A stretch of 64,000 bases of DNA from Camelus dromedarius. Its lineage: Eukaryota. Below the pieces are notes generated by a model. It did not search any database, was not told where the DNA came from, and worked only from the letters and a program-made list of their open reading frames with translations. Position numbers and translations under genes: made by a program. Below, piece after piece: positions 24,869-38,298 of this stretch; position 1 is the stretch's first letter, and each line of letters begins with the position of its first letter. The DNA is taken from assembly GCF_036321535.1 (NCBI RefSeq), contig NC_087447.1, positions 33,544,001 through 33,608,000 on the forward strand, given 5' to 3'.

Positions 24869-24997
24869 CTTGAAATAAGAATGCTTTGCTGGTGTTGTGC
24901 AGTCCGGACACCTGAGTGACTCCAAGGGTGGTGTTCACGAGGTCGAGCTCAGTGATAAGATCCATCTGAAGGTCAGGGTCCAGCCCAAAGCCCGTGA
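24869..24997 (-). CDS. NELL1: NELL1 coding exon 2, 129 nt
   Basis: (V)TGFGLDPDLQMDLITELDLVNTTLGVTQVSGLHNTSKAFLFQ matches the NELL1 N-terminal region; acceptor TTCTCAG, donor GTAAAG; phase 1-1, in frame with exon 1. Confidence 0.96.
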
Positions 24998-25214
24998 CTG
25001 AGAAGGAACAAGAGACATCTTGGCTTAAAATGCCAACTCGCTCACAGCAACAGAACAGAAATTACAGAAGCCACTACTGGCAGGGAATACAAGGATGCCA
25101 GTGACGAGTGCTTGGAGATGTGCTTTCCCTGGATGGAAAAGGAAAGCAACTCTTTGCTCCATCACCCCACTGATATTGTGGTTTCTTTGTCCCTTCCCCA
25201 TTCCCACTCCCCAT

Positions 25215-25567
25215 TATTGATAATTCTTTATGCAAAATCCTTGGGGCCAAATATATTTCAGAACTCAGAATGTATCATATGTTGGAAAGCTAATATGGCC
25301 TATGTACCACATTTTAGATACACCTGCAGCAAAATCTGCATCCGCATCCCATAATCAAACACAATATTTCTAGAGCAAAAAGTATGATGTTTTCCTCTAA
25401 TTGGTACAAATAAAGACTATAAATAACTTCACATCCGTTCAAGTCAAGTTTTGCCACCTAAGGAGTTCAGCTCAGGATAGGTTGCGCTGTCAGGTGAGTT
25501 ATGAACAAAGTCTAGGTTTCTGAGCTGTTTTAGATTTGGGGACTGTGGATACAGGTTTGTGGCCTGA
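25215..25567 (+). mobile_element. MER46C-like TcMar-Tigger element
   Basis: ccttggggccaaatatatttcagaactcagaat, cccataatcaaacac, aataaagactataaata and terminal ...tgtggcctg. Confidence 0.65.
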
Positions 25568-26499
25568 ATCTACCTGCTTCAGAGAATGATGAAATGATGA
25601 AATCTGACACCACCGTCACCAGGAAAGGAGCACTATTGATCAGGCACAAACACCTATGATAAAGAGGAAGGAAATGAGAAGAATCCTGTCCCTGCTGGAT
25701 GAGCGTGGCAGAGGGACCGGCCAGGAAAGAGAATCCTCAGAACGATGGCTGTACTTTTCAAGGGGAGTCCTGAAAAGTTAGACACCATGACAACTGTTGT
25801 TGGAGAAGCTTAGCGCAGAGAAACATGGCCCTGAGCACCCACTGCCTTGTCTGAAAAAGGCAAACCCTTAAGCCTGTCTCTCAGCTAGGGGGTGTTCTGC
25901 AGAATGATTCACTCAAGACTGCAAAGTGGCTTCCAGTGATATATATTAATAAGGCTAGCGATCGCCCTAAAAGACTGCGTTTAAGCCATTCATAAAGGCT
26001 GTGCCTATCTACACTCAGCATCTCAATAGTGCAATTCAGATTGCACAGTTGGAAATGTTTTAATCAGCAACAGCTGTCAACTCTGTCTGATGGTAATGCA
26101 GTCACGAAGCAAGATTTGGAAAGCTTGCACCGAATTTGTCCCAGACAGACCAAGTGCGTGTTCATCGGGACATCGCGGGCTAGGACAACCTCATCTGTCC
26201 TCCCGCCTTCAGCCCTTTCCCCAATGATCTGGAAAAGGAAATCTAGCCTCTCCTCACTCTTTTCCTGTTAGGAAACAGGGACTACTGTAGGGTTCAGTCA
26301 ACAGAAGGTTGCACTGGGAAGGGTCTTTGGAACTGAAGCCTGTCAGCCCCAAGGTGGACAAAGGGTTAAATTAAAGGCACAGTGCATACAGTGGCCTACC
26401 CTGTTTTTATCCGGCTTCCCCTTGTCCTCTGAACTGAAAGTTTAAGTTTTTCCCTTCCAAAGGTAGCCAGTTATGAGACAGGTTAACTAAATGACAACT

Positions 26500-27090
26500 C
26501 ATTCATTCATTCATTCATCCATGGGTTCACTCAGTAGTTTTTTAACAGACATTACTGAGGGCTCACTGTGTAACACACCCATTGCATTGCTAGGTACTGG
26601 AGATGGTCTCATTGAGCATGCATTCCTAGGGCAGCAGGGGAGGAGAGGACAAAAAAAAAGTAAATTAGATCAATTTGAGATGGAAATAAATGCCATGAAG
26701 AAAACAAAACAGAGGGATGAAACAGAAAGCGGGTTGAGCAAGAGCTTTAGAAAGGGAAGTTTCCTCCGAGCAGAAAAGTGAATGACTAGAAGAGGGGGGC
26801 GATGGTGGAGTCATTCCAGAAGGGAAGATGTGGGGGGAAAGCTTTCCAGGTTTAGGTTTCGAGAAGAGCCAATGCCAACCAGGAACAAATTCAAGGTGTT
26901 CAGGAAACAGAGACAAAGCGAGTATGGCTGGAGCAGAGTGGGTCGGGGGAGAGCAGCAGAGAATGAGGCCCAAGAGTGGGCCCTGCCTTGTGAGCCACAA
27001 AAGGAGAGGGACACTATTCTAACTGCAATGAGGCATCATTGGAGGGCGTTAAGGTATGTGTTCCAGGGGAGGAAGAGTGAGGTATGCTCT
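26500..27090 (-). mobile_element. L2 3' fragment
   Basis: (ttca)n tail at 26500-26520 followed by antisense L2 motifs such as tggctggagcagagtg. Confidence 0.7.
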
Positions 27091-27659
27091 GGTTTACACC
27101 ACAATCTCACTGAAGGTTCCATCCTACCTGCCTGATACAGATTCAATTCACAAGGACTGAAGACTAATCAAGTACCTATTTGGGGCCAAGAAGCCCTGAG
27201 CTAATGGGCATCCATCAGCCCAAGCCACAGTACCATGGGCCTCTTGTGGAGACTGGCAATGTTTTTCTCCAAGTGAGCTCAGATCCCAGCAGTTCTGTGA
27301 TCACCTTGAAAAGGCAGGAAAGGAACTAATATTTCAGTTTGATCTACCGTGCTCTCCACCAGTATGGCAGAAATTAAATTAAGAGTGATCTCAGAGGACC
27401 TCCACGCTGGTGTCTCTCTGGCCAGGAGTTTGGAAGGTGGTTTAGAGAACGTGCCCTTAGCTGGACGCAAGAGGAAGGAAGCATCCCTGTAGCTCCAGGG
27501 CCTTGCCCAGGGCCTAATAAATGTCAGGCCCTGAATTTAGGACCCAATTAATTAACTGATGAGTGGATGCATGATCCCTTCTTTGAGTACAGTGACCTCA
27601 GAGCAATATGCATCTCTGGGGGTACCACGAGAGGATTGGATGGCATTAAAGCCAAGGAA

Positions 27660-28090
27660 ACGTTCTAAAAGGGATACAGCTGACTGCATTATTGGCTTCA
27701 AACTTTGACCCCTCCCACATCCACACCCTTCCGCTAGAGTGGGAGTAAACCTCCCCATCCCCTGACTTTGAGCCCAGCCATGTAACTTCTCTGGGTCACT
27801 GGGATGTTAGCAACGTTATACAGGCAGAGGCCTGGATGTGCCTATGAGGTGGGGCCTGTCCTCTTGTGCCTCTGCATCGCAGTGAAACAAACATGGCCCT
27901 GCTAGGGCACTGCCCCAAGGAGACTGAGACACATGGAGCAGACACCCGACCCGAGTCTGGATCCACACCCAGCCAAACCTGGCCCAGGTGAGCCAAGACC
28001 AAACCAACCGACAGATGGGTGAAACAAAATAAATGTTATTTTGAGTTTGCGGTGGCTTGTTATGCAATGTTATTGTGGCAGTAACTGCCC
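27660..28090 (+). mobile_element. MLT1-type solo LTR
   Basis: gccatgtaactt..gatgttagca and end aataaatgttattttgagtttgcggtggcttgttatgcaatgttattgtggcagtaactg. Confidence 0.65.
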
Positions 28091-31000
28091 AATGCAGGGA
28101 TTAAAGACCCACTATGATGGTCATCCTTAAGATGCCTGAATCTTCCAAACTTGGGACCCTGCCACTGCACGAGCCTAAAATTCACCCAAGCAGATTCTAC
28201 AGAACTGGCAGAACACCCCAATGGTGTCCTGGGATCCCCATGTCCATGTGAGAACACAGCACCCACAATCCAGAACGTGTTGCAGAAACAACACTAAACT
28301 AAGAGCCAGTGTCAGTCCTGCCTCTTCCCCCTACTTACTCTGCGCCCGTGGAAAAATCACTGTGCTTCTCCAACCCTCATTTCCCTCATCCAGAAAATGG
28401 GGATGATAATACCCAACTCCCAGCCTTGTGAGGTTTCAGTGATAACTATATGAAGCTTCCTAGCACAAATTTTGGTGCCCAGCTGGGGTTGTCTTTTGTA
28501 AGACGAGCTCTCCAGACCATCCCAGGTCCCTGGTCCTCAACTACACTGGGATCATACAAAATGCACAGGTGGTCCCCATTTTCCCAGCCCCTCCAGATTC
28601 CCAGATGACCTAGAAGGGCTGGTCACTCTGGCTGTGCTTTGTGAAATCTACATTAAATCTATATTGACTCCTCCCCCCACCCCTACATCCATGAGTCAAG
28701 GGGCTTCTCTGGCTTTAAGATAATTGCATTGTTCTTGTGATGAGAATATCCCATAAAAACAACAAGAGCAATCAATTAGGCTTCCAGATACAGTATTCTT
28801 TTCTCTAAGTGGTCCCCTTCAAGATGAAAATGCCTCGTGCCAATAGCAGGATATATAAAAGATAGCACTTTGCCCACTGCCTAAGGAATCAGAAAATCTG
28901 TTACTAAGGCAGCATTTACATGGCTTTGCCTGAAACTTATGTAGTAAGAGAGTGTTTGTTCCATAAAAATAATTTCTTTTATTTTAATGTTTCTGCTTCT
29001 TATCCAAGCATGGAGCTCCTGCCCTTTTCAAGGAAACTGTATTAAAGATTTCTACTTTGGCCATAACCGCTCTACAAATGACTGGAGCTGGGTATTGGAA
29101 TTAAGCAGGATAAGCTTCTGGGGAGGAAATATTTTTTTAAAACCTGGAAGGCAGTGTGTCAATGTCACAGAGGCACTTGAGGCCTGGCTCTGAGATTCAG
29201 AATCTCCGTCCTAATCTCCCAGGACACCTGCTGCTGCTCCTGCTACTGGCTACTCCTCAGCCCAGCCCAGGGAATGCTTGGGTCCAAAGCCCACTCAATC
29301 CACCTGCAGGGTCCCCGGCTTAAACTCCCAAGCAAATCCTCCTGGATCTGACTCACTTCAAATCTAATCCAGCTCAATGTCCATGAGAGCAGCTGTTTTC
29401 CCCTGGTCCATGCAGGGGAAGAGGACACTGGAGAGATGTCCCAAGACCTCATTCACCAGCAGGATTTCACAACCATCTGACCGGATTTGGGTCTCTAGAC
29501 TTCTACAAAGGTTCTTAATACCCCAAAAGCAGTATCCTTGAAGAATATGCTCTATGACTATTCCGTCAGCCAATATTTCACCCGATCACTGGAGGCCGGG
29601 GGCTCTGTTCGCGGCTCTATTATTCAATTCATAGTTAATGAACAAGCCTGGGAGGTGCTTCAAAAAGAAAATCTCTCCTGTCCAGTAGGTGGCAGCAAAG
29701 GGCACTCACTTGGCCCCAGGGGCTCCCTCCACCCCCTGCCCTGGTGACCAAAACAAACTGGAAAGCCAGGGGGAAGGAGTCACTGAGTTTTATATAATTC
29801 ACACTTCCAAGCCACTGGAGAAAACTCATGGACATAATGCGTTATTACTGCTATTATTGCTGCCTTCTAAATATTCATTATTCGTGATGTGCCTGGAAAT
29901 CTCAGAATTATTTTTTGCCCAGAAATAACGACTGGAGAAGAGCGCCTCCTGTCTTGACTCCACTTTATTCTTTAAAACAAGTTCTCTGAACAATGAGTAA
30001 TTTAAGCAGCTTCCTGTGACACCTATCATTAGATCTTTTCATATGTAACTGCTACTGCACTGCAGCGCTGCTTTCATTAAAATGTGCCTGATACCATCTA
30101 TTCATTTCCATTAAACGGCAGTGATATCTGAGCAGCTCACTCAGTGGACCACATGTTTATTTCATCTTGGACTGTTAACAGCCCAGACAACAACTGTCCC
30201 ACTTGACAAATAAACTTTCTGAGCGGCTGTTTGGATCCTGATAAACTAATCAAGAGCCTGCCTTAGCAACCTAAGAGGATGGATGTGTGATGTGGGGATG
30301 ATGGTTTCTGGGCAAAAACTAAAGAGAAAATTGCTGATCAGAACCTCCAGCTGTAAGAAATTATAAGTGAAAGAATTGAGATATAATTCCCGCCTGTCTC
30401 TCTGATGCTTCTGATTTTTGTAGCCTCTGGTTGTTCAAGGAGTGCCAAGTGGCACAGAAAACCCAAACTCCCTAAGCAACTGCCACAGCCAATGGGCAAA
30501 TCCTTCTATGGTTCCCTGCCCTTGGACAAGCCATGCCCTGCACCTGGAATGCTTTCCCCACTCCGTCCACCTGGAAAACACCTGCAAAGCCTTCAAGACA
30601 CCACTTTCAACTGTCACCTCCTGATTAAAGCCTTCCCCGACCACCGACCACCCCTCCCCAGAATTCATTCCTACTATTCCTCCTCTATGTTTCCTTAATA
30701 CAAACTCCTATACTCCCACCTCTCCTCCCCCCAACCCCATCGAGCTGTACAATAAAAATGCTTTTCAGTTTCTGTCCAGATTCTCAGCTAAGCTGTGAGT
30801 TCCCAGAAGTCAAGGACCAAGTCCATTCCTCTGCATAAGCAATCCTGGCACCCAGCAAGACACTCAACTGTTCATTGAATGAATGAATGAATGAATACAT
30901 GAGTGAATCTTCCCCATAACAGAATTTTTACAAGATTTAAAGGCATCCGATGTGGGTAAGGGGCAAAGACCATGTTCTTAAAGATCTTCGCAAGCAACAC

Positions 31001-31739
31001 ACCCTGGAGACACAGTCCACCTCCGGATGTAGGCACTTTTTGCCGCCTCTTCAAAGGAGTAATGAGAACAAAGGATGTAGGTGTGTTTGGTAGTGATGTG
31101 CGTTTGAGGATGTGAAATGCCCCATGGGCTGCCCCTCCCCCACCTAGTTTTTCTCTCTAAGGTTCCTCTGTAAGACTCTCACCAACACCAGGTTCTTGGA
31201 GCAGAGCTGGTAGCCCATGCTCTGCACTAGCCTCACCTGTCCTGATATTCCGAGGGGCGCGTTTCTTCTACTGTGCTCTTGGTTTTAAAAGACTAACCCA
31301 CCACGATGGGTCTAAACTCAGGAAGCATCTATTCTAGGCTAGGCTGAGTCTTGGTAGCCTGGAGGTCTCGGATGGAGATAAGAAGGGGATGGGGATTCCT
31401 TTTGTCCCTGAAGAAATCCACACCCGAGGTTCTTTCATTAAGCAAAGGGAAAGCTGCTGCCTGCTTAGTCCTGGGGAAAATGGAAAGGGCCAGCAGGAAG
31501 CTCCTAGACGTCCAACTCTTGTGTTCTCAGCCGGGCTAACTACCGAAGAGTGGCGCCTAGGGCGCAAACGGAGGGAACTTTTGAGCCAACCAAAGCCGGG
31601 CACCCCTCCCCAGCCCTCTACGGATAAACCTGCTGCCTAGCATGGGAAGGAGGTTATGCCTCTAGAGAAGGGAAATGAGAGTGGTAAAAGAGAAAACGAT
31701 AAAAAGCAGAGGGAATGACTATACACCGATTCTAGGGTG

Positions 31740-33700
31740 CCAAGTCGGCCGCGCGTACCGACGACCGCTATCTTAGGAATAAAAACTCGCGACCCCTACC
31801 CTCCACCCCCGCACCGGAGAGTCCTGTTTTTGTCAATTTCCTACTCCACCCCACCCCACCCACACCTTCCAAATCTACTTCTAGCCCCCAGGAGAAAGCG
31901 GCTGAGAACGGGTCTCCAAGCCCCGGGTGAAAAGGGGTCTGGGGGCGAGTAGAAGCTGAAAGAAGTGCGCTTAGAGTCCTCACAACTGCGTCTCTGGAGG
32001 CAGGACGAAGCGGGGACTTCAGAATATTACGCCAATTATCCTTGCCTCCCCTCCACAACCCAACATGCAATTATAGCGAGAGAAAACTGGTTTGGAGCTT
32101 GAGAACATCTCCCCGGGATTGCCCCCACACTTCCAATTGCCTCTAATAATTGTTTGTCCTGCCCTGGGGGTGGGGGGTGGAGGGCCAAGAAAGAATACTC
32201 CTGGAGTTCCCCTGAGGAGAGTCAAGGGGGGACAAGAAGAGATCGCGAAATCCCAGGTTGGTCCGCAGCACCTCACCCCGCGCCGCGCCCTCTCCGGCCC
32301 GGGCATCTCCCGCCGGCCGGAATCGCTCTCTCTGCGGATGCGACTCCTGCCGCTGCCCCTTCCCCGCCCGGCCGGCCGTAGGGAAAGCGGTTTCCACGGC
32401 ACCTGTCAAGTTCGCGGGTGTGGGGCTCGCGGGCCCGCCTTGCTGTGGGTTTCGACCCGGAAGCCGGTTGCTAGCAGAAGGAGGGTGCGCCGGACCGGCC
32501 GCGCCCCTCACTCCCGCGTCCGCCAGGCCGTGTCCTCTGGGAAGGGGACACTCCTTGGGGGCCTCCCCCAGCCTGAGTCTCACTTTTCACCCTTTCACCT
32601 GGAGTAGGGCAAAGAGGTCCAAGAGACCCATCCACGCCCTTCCGCGGACCAGCACGGAGCTCGGCTCCACGTCTTCCCATGCCTAGGTGGGCGCTGGGCA
32701 CAGCGGCGGGTCTCCAACCCTCCTTCCCCGGATCCCTCCGACAGCCCCAGCCGTACTTACCTGTCCTGGCGGTGCACACGCAGAACCACACAACAAAAAT
32801 CACATCCCTCAGCATCGCTCCCGAGGGTCCCCGCCAAGGCGGGCGCGCGGAAGCCAGGAGGAAACAAATGCGCCTCGATTCCGAGGCGCGCCGGGCTCGG
32901 AGCCGCCAAACTTGCTAGCGGGCGGCGGGGGAGGTGGCTCGGCAACGCCGGGTGCTGCGCTCGGGGATCGCACCGGGAAGGCGGCCCCGGCCGCCCCGCC
33001 CCCAGCCCGCCCCCCAACGCAGGCGGTGGCGCCCGACTCGGACCCCGGCGCCCGCTGCGGCTGCGCTCGCCTCGGAGCTGGGGCGGGAACGCAGGGCTCC
33101 GCCACTCCGGCACGTTTCGCTCCGCGCCGGGGTCGGCTTCTCCTCCGCCCACGGAGACGCTAGGACCCGGGCGGCAGGCTCGGCAGCTGCTACCACCGGG
33201 AGCCCCGGAGCTGGAGTCCCGGGACCCGCTGCCAAAAGGGAGGAGCTGGAGGTGCAAGGCACCCCTTCGGCTTCACGCGCTCCAGCCCAGGCGAACCGAC
33301 CTCGCCACTGCCGCCGTCTCTGCCTCGGGGCCGCGGTGGGGGCTGCCGAAGTTGCCACACTTCATCTTGGTTGAGACCAAGAACCGCGGAGCCCTCGCGG
33401 GGGGATCTTTTTCCCGGGGAAACCCTGACCCAGGCGGCGCCACCGAGCGCGCCCAGCGCCTCCTCGTAAAACAATTACTCGGGATTTGCTCGGGCAACTG
33501 GGTGGGGAGGGGCGAGCAAGGACCTGAGGGGGATAATGGCTGAGTCCCGGCTCACCACCTGTACTTGTCTCGTCTCTCCGGGGGGGGTCCCTCTTAATTG
33601 GGTACACGCATTGGGGGTTCAGGGAGAGGGCACTGAGGCGCGGGGTGTCCAGAAAAAAGATCCCCGAGCCTGAGTGAGCCACGGTGGGGGACTGGGGAGT
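31740..33700. promoter_or_regulatory. NELL1: CpG island / NELL1 promoter
   Basis: Very GC- and CpG-rich stretch around exon 1; tandem GC boxes at 32991-33015; no obvious TATA box. Confidence 0.9.
32761..32815 (-). CDS. NELL1: NELL1 coding exon 1 (signal peptide), 55 nt
   Basis: ATG at 32815-32813; MLRDVIFVVWFCVCTART resembles human NELL1 MPMDLILVVWFCVCTART; donor GTAAGT; inside a CpG island. Confidence 0.95.
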
Positions 33701-35694
33701 CTATTTGCAGACCTTCCGATTCTGCAGGGCAAATGCTGCCACTTAGGGGAAATTCCTAAACCTTTTTTTTTTTTCTTGAGTGACTTTCTGGTTTTTTTTC
33801 CCAAAAGCCCTTTTCTCCTTTCATAGTCACGCTTTGGCCTCTCCCGCAGTTCCTCTGGGTCCCTCCCCAACACCATTCCCGGGAAAGAAAAATCTGGGCT
33901 TTGTTTTATAAGTGTGGGCACGAAGACGAGTCCTCCTTCTGGTATGTGACCCCCTTCTGGAACCGAGCCTTCCCTAGAAACATCTCCCAGGTTTGTCGCA
34001 TTTCCCATCCAGGAATATTATTTATAACTAGCATGCAGAGTCGTGAAAACAGAAGTGACAGACCCTCTGATTTATACTGAGTGAGCCCCACATGATTTAA
34101 GGCTTCCCAGGTTGCTCACTCTGGTCCCCTCTGAGTCCACCCCACCCTTCTGATACTGGCAATGGCGAACCCAGAGAAGGGAAAGGAAACTTCTCTGCAC
34201 ACAGCCCTTCCTCATTTCCCAGGAAATAATACCAAAATTCCAGAATCCTCTTCACTAATACGGATCTGCCTTTCTCACCCTTGTATCCCCTCACTTCACA
34301 TATTCCTAACCCCTGCATAAGTATGACCCCAGGAGATCCCACTGAAGGTCGCCCAACCAGCAGCATAATTTATTAAGAGAGGAGCTTTTATCTCCATGTT
34401 CTTCAGATCCGTGCCCTATTTTCTGGATATTTCTGTATGCAAGCCACTGTCCCACTTGGCCCTTTATATTGTGGTCCCTTAGCAGGTGAAAAAGAAAGTG
34501 AACAAGCAGATAAATTCCAACTCCTAACAGCTGAGGTAGATGACGGGAGGCCAACAAAGAAATCTATTGTCACTCCAGAAGCTGAGCTGAAAGATTAAGA
34601 GAAAAACTGATGTCTAAGGCTGAACTGATTCTCCATCCCTTCTGGGATTCAACTGGAGCCCAGAGGGGATCTGCCTGCCTTGACTCTGGGTTTTCATTAC
34701 AGAGGCAGGACTTTTTGCTTCCACCTGGAGCATGTTACATTTAAAACTAACATTAAAATCCCACTTCTTGTGGAAAATAAGGATTCCCCAAGTTTAGCTG
34801 AGCCTTGTGAATGAGGACTCCCCAACATCATGTTCTGTTGTGACAGCCACGCCCCGTCTCTCCTCTGCAGATTCTCAATACACCGCAGCAGGATCAGCCC
34901 TTGGTAACCTGAACTGTTGTTTCAAAAGCCCTTTTATTGATCTCAGAAATGCTAGAAGTCACGGTGACCCCAACAAAGGGAAAAGGTGGTCTGAGTTAGA
35001 CCTTTAGAACTCTCTCTCTTAAAGCCTCTGTGTAATTAGTTGGTCCTGTGGGGTAGAGCTTTTAACGCGTTCCATTAAAAAATAAAGCAAGGCATCTGTT
35101 CTGTCAAAGCTTTGCAGCATCACGTCCATTAGCAGTAACAAGTGTTAATCTCAACAAGATCATAAATCTTCCTAGATAACTGTGGATTTCAATCTTCTGT
35201 AAGTGCATTTCTTGAGCGGGAGTTTGGAGTATAGACCTGTTAGGCTAAGGGAACCTTTAGAGAATAGGTCTGGCAAATTTCTATAATGGCAATGATGGGA
35301 CCACGTGGCTGTGATGTTGAGATACTACAGTAGGACCTGTGTTCAGTGAAAGCAGTGATGAGACTTGGTTTACCCAATACCATATCCCATGTCCACTCTG
35401 CCCTTCTGCATGGCCTCCCTCCATGGTCTCTCCACGAACCAGGAGCTTCCTTTGATCATCCCTCTGCCTCTTCTTCCTGACCCCTGACTATTGGAGAGCC
35501 TCAGGGCTCAGTCCCTAGCCTCTTTTCTTTCAGCCACACTTACTCCTATGTGTTCTCATCCAGCCTCAGGGTTTTAACTACTATCTATACATGAATGATT
35601 CTCAAATGTGTATCTCCAGTCCCTCCTGTCTTTCCTTTGAACCCCAGGCTTACAGACCCAACTACCTATTAGGTGTCTTAAATGTAATATGGCC

Positions 35695-36680
35695 ACGTCA
35701 TCAAAATTAAAAACATTAGTGCCTCAAAGGCCATCATGGGAAATGAATAGACAACCCACAGAACAGGAAACAAATTTGCAAGTCATATAAGTGATTGAAA
35801 TTTGTATTCATTATATTATTAAATTATTACAACTCAGTAGTAAAAGACAAACAACCCGATTTTAAAATGGGCAAAGGATCTGAATAGACATTTCTCCAAA
35901 GAAGATATTCAAGCAGCCAATAAATACATGAAAAGATGCTCAGCACCATTAGCCATCTGGGAAACACAGATCAAAACCACAATGAAATATCACATCACAG
36001 CCACTGGGATGGCGAAAATCAAAAAGACAGATAATAAATGTTGACAAGGAAGTGGAGGAGTTAGAACTTTCATATACTGCTGGTGGGAATGTAAAATGGT
36101 TCTTCAAACAGTTAAACATAAAGTTACCATACAACTCAGCAATTCTCCTCCTAGGTACTGACATGAGAACTGAAAACATATGTCTACACGCTAAGTTGTA
36201 CACAGATGTTCATAGCAGCATTATTCATAATAGCCCCAAAATAGAAACAGCCCAGATGCCCATCAGCTGATGAATGGATAAGTCGAATGTGGTATATTTC
36301 TATAATGGAATATTATTCAGCAATAAAGAGACCTGAAGGACTGATACAGGCTACAACATGGATGAACCTTGAAAACGTTATGCTAAGTGAGAGAAATCAG
36401 ACACAAAGAACCGCATGTCATATGATTCCATTTATATGAAATTCCAGAATAGGCAAATCTATAGAGACAGAAAGTAGATCAGTGGTTGCCTAAGGCTGGG
36501 GGAAGGGGAAGAAAGGATTAGCAGTGTTTCTTTGGGATTAATGGAAATGTCCTAAAATTGATTGTAGTGACAGATGCAAAATCTCACAGATATTCACAAG
36601 AGACTAAAAGCCATTGAATTGTACACTTTAAATTGGTGAATTGTATTATGTGTGAATTACATCTCAATAAAACTGTTTTT
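35695..36680 (+). mobile_element. Old L1 (L1MB-like) 3' portion inserted in an L2 (35390-35690, 36730-37540)
   Basis: aaatgggcaaaggatctgaatagacatttctccaaagaagat; 3' end gaattacatctcaataaaactgtt; L2 tail gtttgttgaatgaat at ~37520. Confidence 0.85.
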
Positions 36681-37857
36681 TTAAAAGCCTCTTTAATGCT
36701 CATTTTAAAAATCTGCTGCCTTTTAAAGGGGTAGCACCAGCCTTCATCAGGTGTTCCAACCAAGTAGCCCGGGGTCATCCATGACTTGCTTTATCCAGGC
36801 CCCCACGTCCAAGCCATCAAGCCCTCTCGGTAGACCTTAAAGAAAAAATCTCAAATCAACCATTTCTCACTACCCTTCACTACTCCCACCTTCCTCCAAT
36901 CCCTCATTGTTCCTGCCTCAGGCTACTGCCCTAGATTCCCAATTGTTCCCTCTGCCTCCACTCTTGCCCCTTACAATTCAGTCATCCCCCAGCAGGTGTA
37001 ATCTGCTTTTTAAAACGTATCAGATCACATTCCCTTGCTCAAAACACACCCCCCTGCACTTTTCTATCGTATTTTGAAGAAATCCAGACATCTTACAAGG
37101 CCTCTGCCCACCTTCCCAGCTCTGCCCCTCAGACTCACTCCAGACTCTTGCTATTCCTCAAACATTCCAAGTTCACACTCTCCTCATGGTCTTTGCACTG
37201 GGTCCTCCCTCTGCCTGGAACAGTCTTCCCCTAAATCTTTCTGTGGTTCATGACTTACATTGCTGCTCAAGTGTCAGCTCCTCGGGGAGACCTAGCCTAA
37301 AGAAGCTTCTCACTTCACCCCCATCACTGTCTCCTAACCCTGCTTGATTTTATTATAGGGCTTATTACTGTCTGAAATATTGATTTACGTGTTGACATTT
37401 ATTCTCTTCCCCCCCATAGAATGCAAACACCACAAGAGTAGAATTTTTGTCTTTCTTCTTCACTACTGTCTCTCTCCACCTAGAACAGTGCCTGGCACAT
37501 TTTAGGAGCTCAATATATGTTTGTTGAATGAATCAATGAGTGTTCTCCCAGGAAGCAGCATGGAAAATGGACACTTCTCATTGACCATCACCAAGGCAAC
37601 AGTCAGAATGCCTCGTCCCACCAGCCCCCAGAGCTGCCCCACTGCTGACTCTCTGGAGGGCACTGGACCCCAGCGAGGAAGGTCGAGGAGGACTTCTTTT
37701 TAGTATCCAAGGCTGAGAAACTCTCCATCTCATTTACTGCCCTCCAGCCCTCCTCCCTAAATCACTCTCCTTTGTCCAAACAGCCTTCCAACTGCCTTCA
37801 TATTTATGGATTCACAACACGTTTCCTTGTAAAACTGAACAATATAGAGGGTAAAGC

Positions 37858-38298
37858 TGTTATGGATTGGATTGTGTTCCCCTAAAAAGACATATTGAAG
37901 TCCTTACTCCCAGTATCTATGAATGTGACTTCATTTGGAAACTGAGTTTTTGCAGATGTAATCAAGTTAAGATGAGGTCATTAGTGGACCCGAATTCAAC
38001 GTGACTGGTGTCCCTATAAGAAGGGGAAAACACCGTGTGAAGACAGAGACATAACGGATGTAAGTGTGTGACAAGAAAGGCAGACACTAAAGAGCTGTAG
38101 CTGCAAGCCAGGGGATGCCTGGGGTCACCAGAAGCTGGAAGAGGCAGGGAAGGATCCTCCCAGAGGCTTTGGCGAGAGTATGGCCCTGCCAAGACCTTGA
38201 TTTCAGACTCCTAATGTCCAGAGCTGTGAGAGACTAAATGTCTCTTGTTTCAAGCCTTCTGGTTTACAGTGCTTTGCTAGCTGTCCTAGGAAACTAGC
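37858..38298 (+). mobile_element. MLT1B/C-like solo LTR
   Basis: Starts tgttatggattggattgtgttcccc; caccagaagctggaagaggcagggaaggat; ends ctaggaaactagcaca. Confidence 0.8.

Noticed and set aside
32019..33682. Many overlapping 100-170 aa ORFs on both strands
   Set aside because: Expected from stop-codon scarcity in a GC-rich CpG island; low-complexity Pro/Arg/Gly/Ala with no recognisable domain. Only 32761-32815 is coding.
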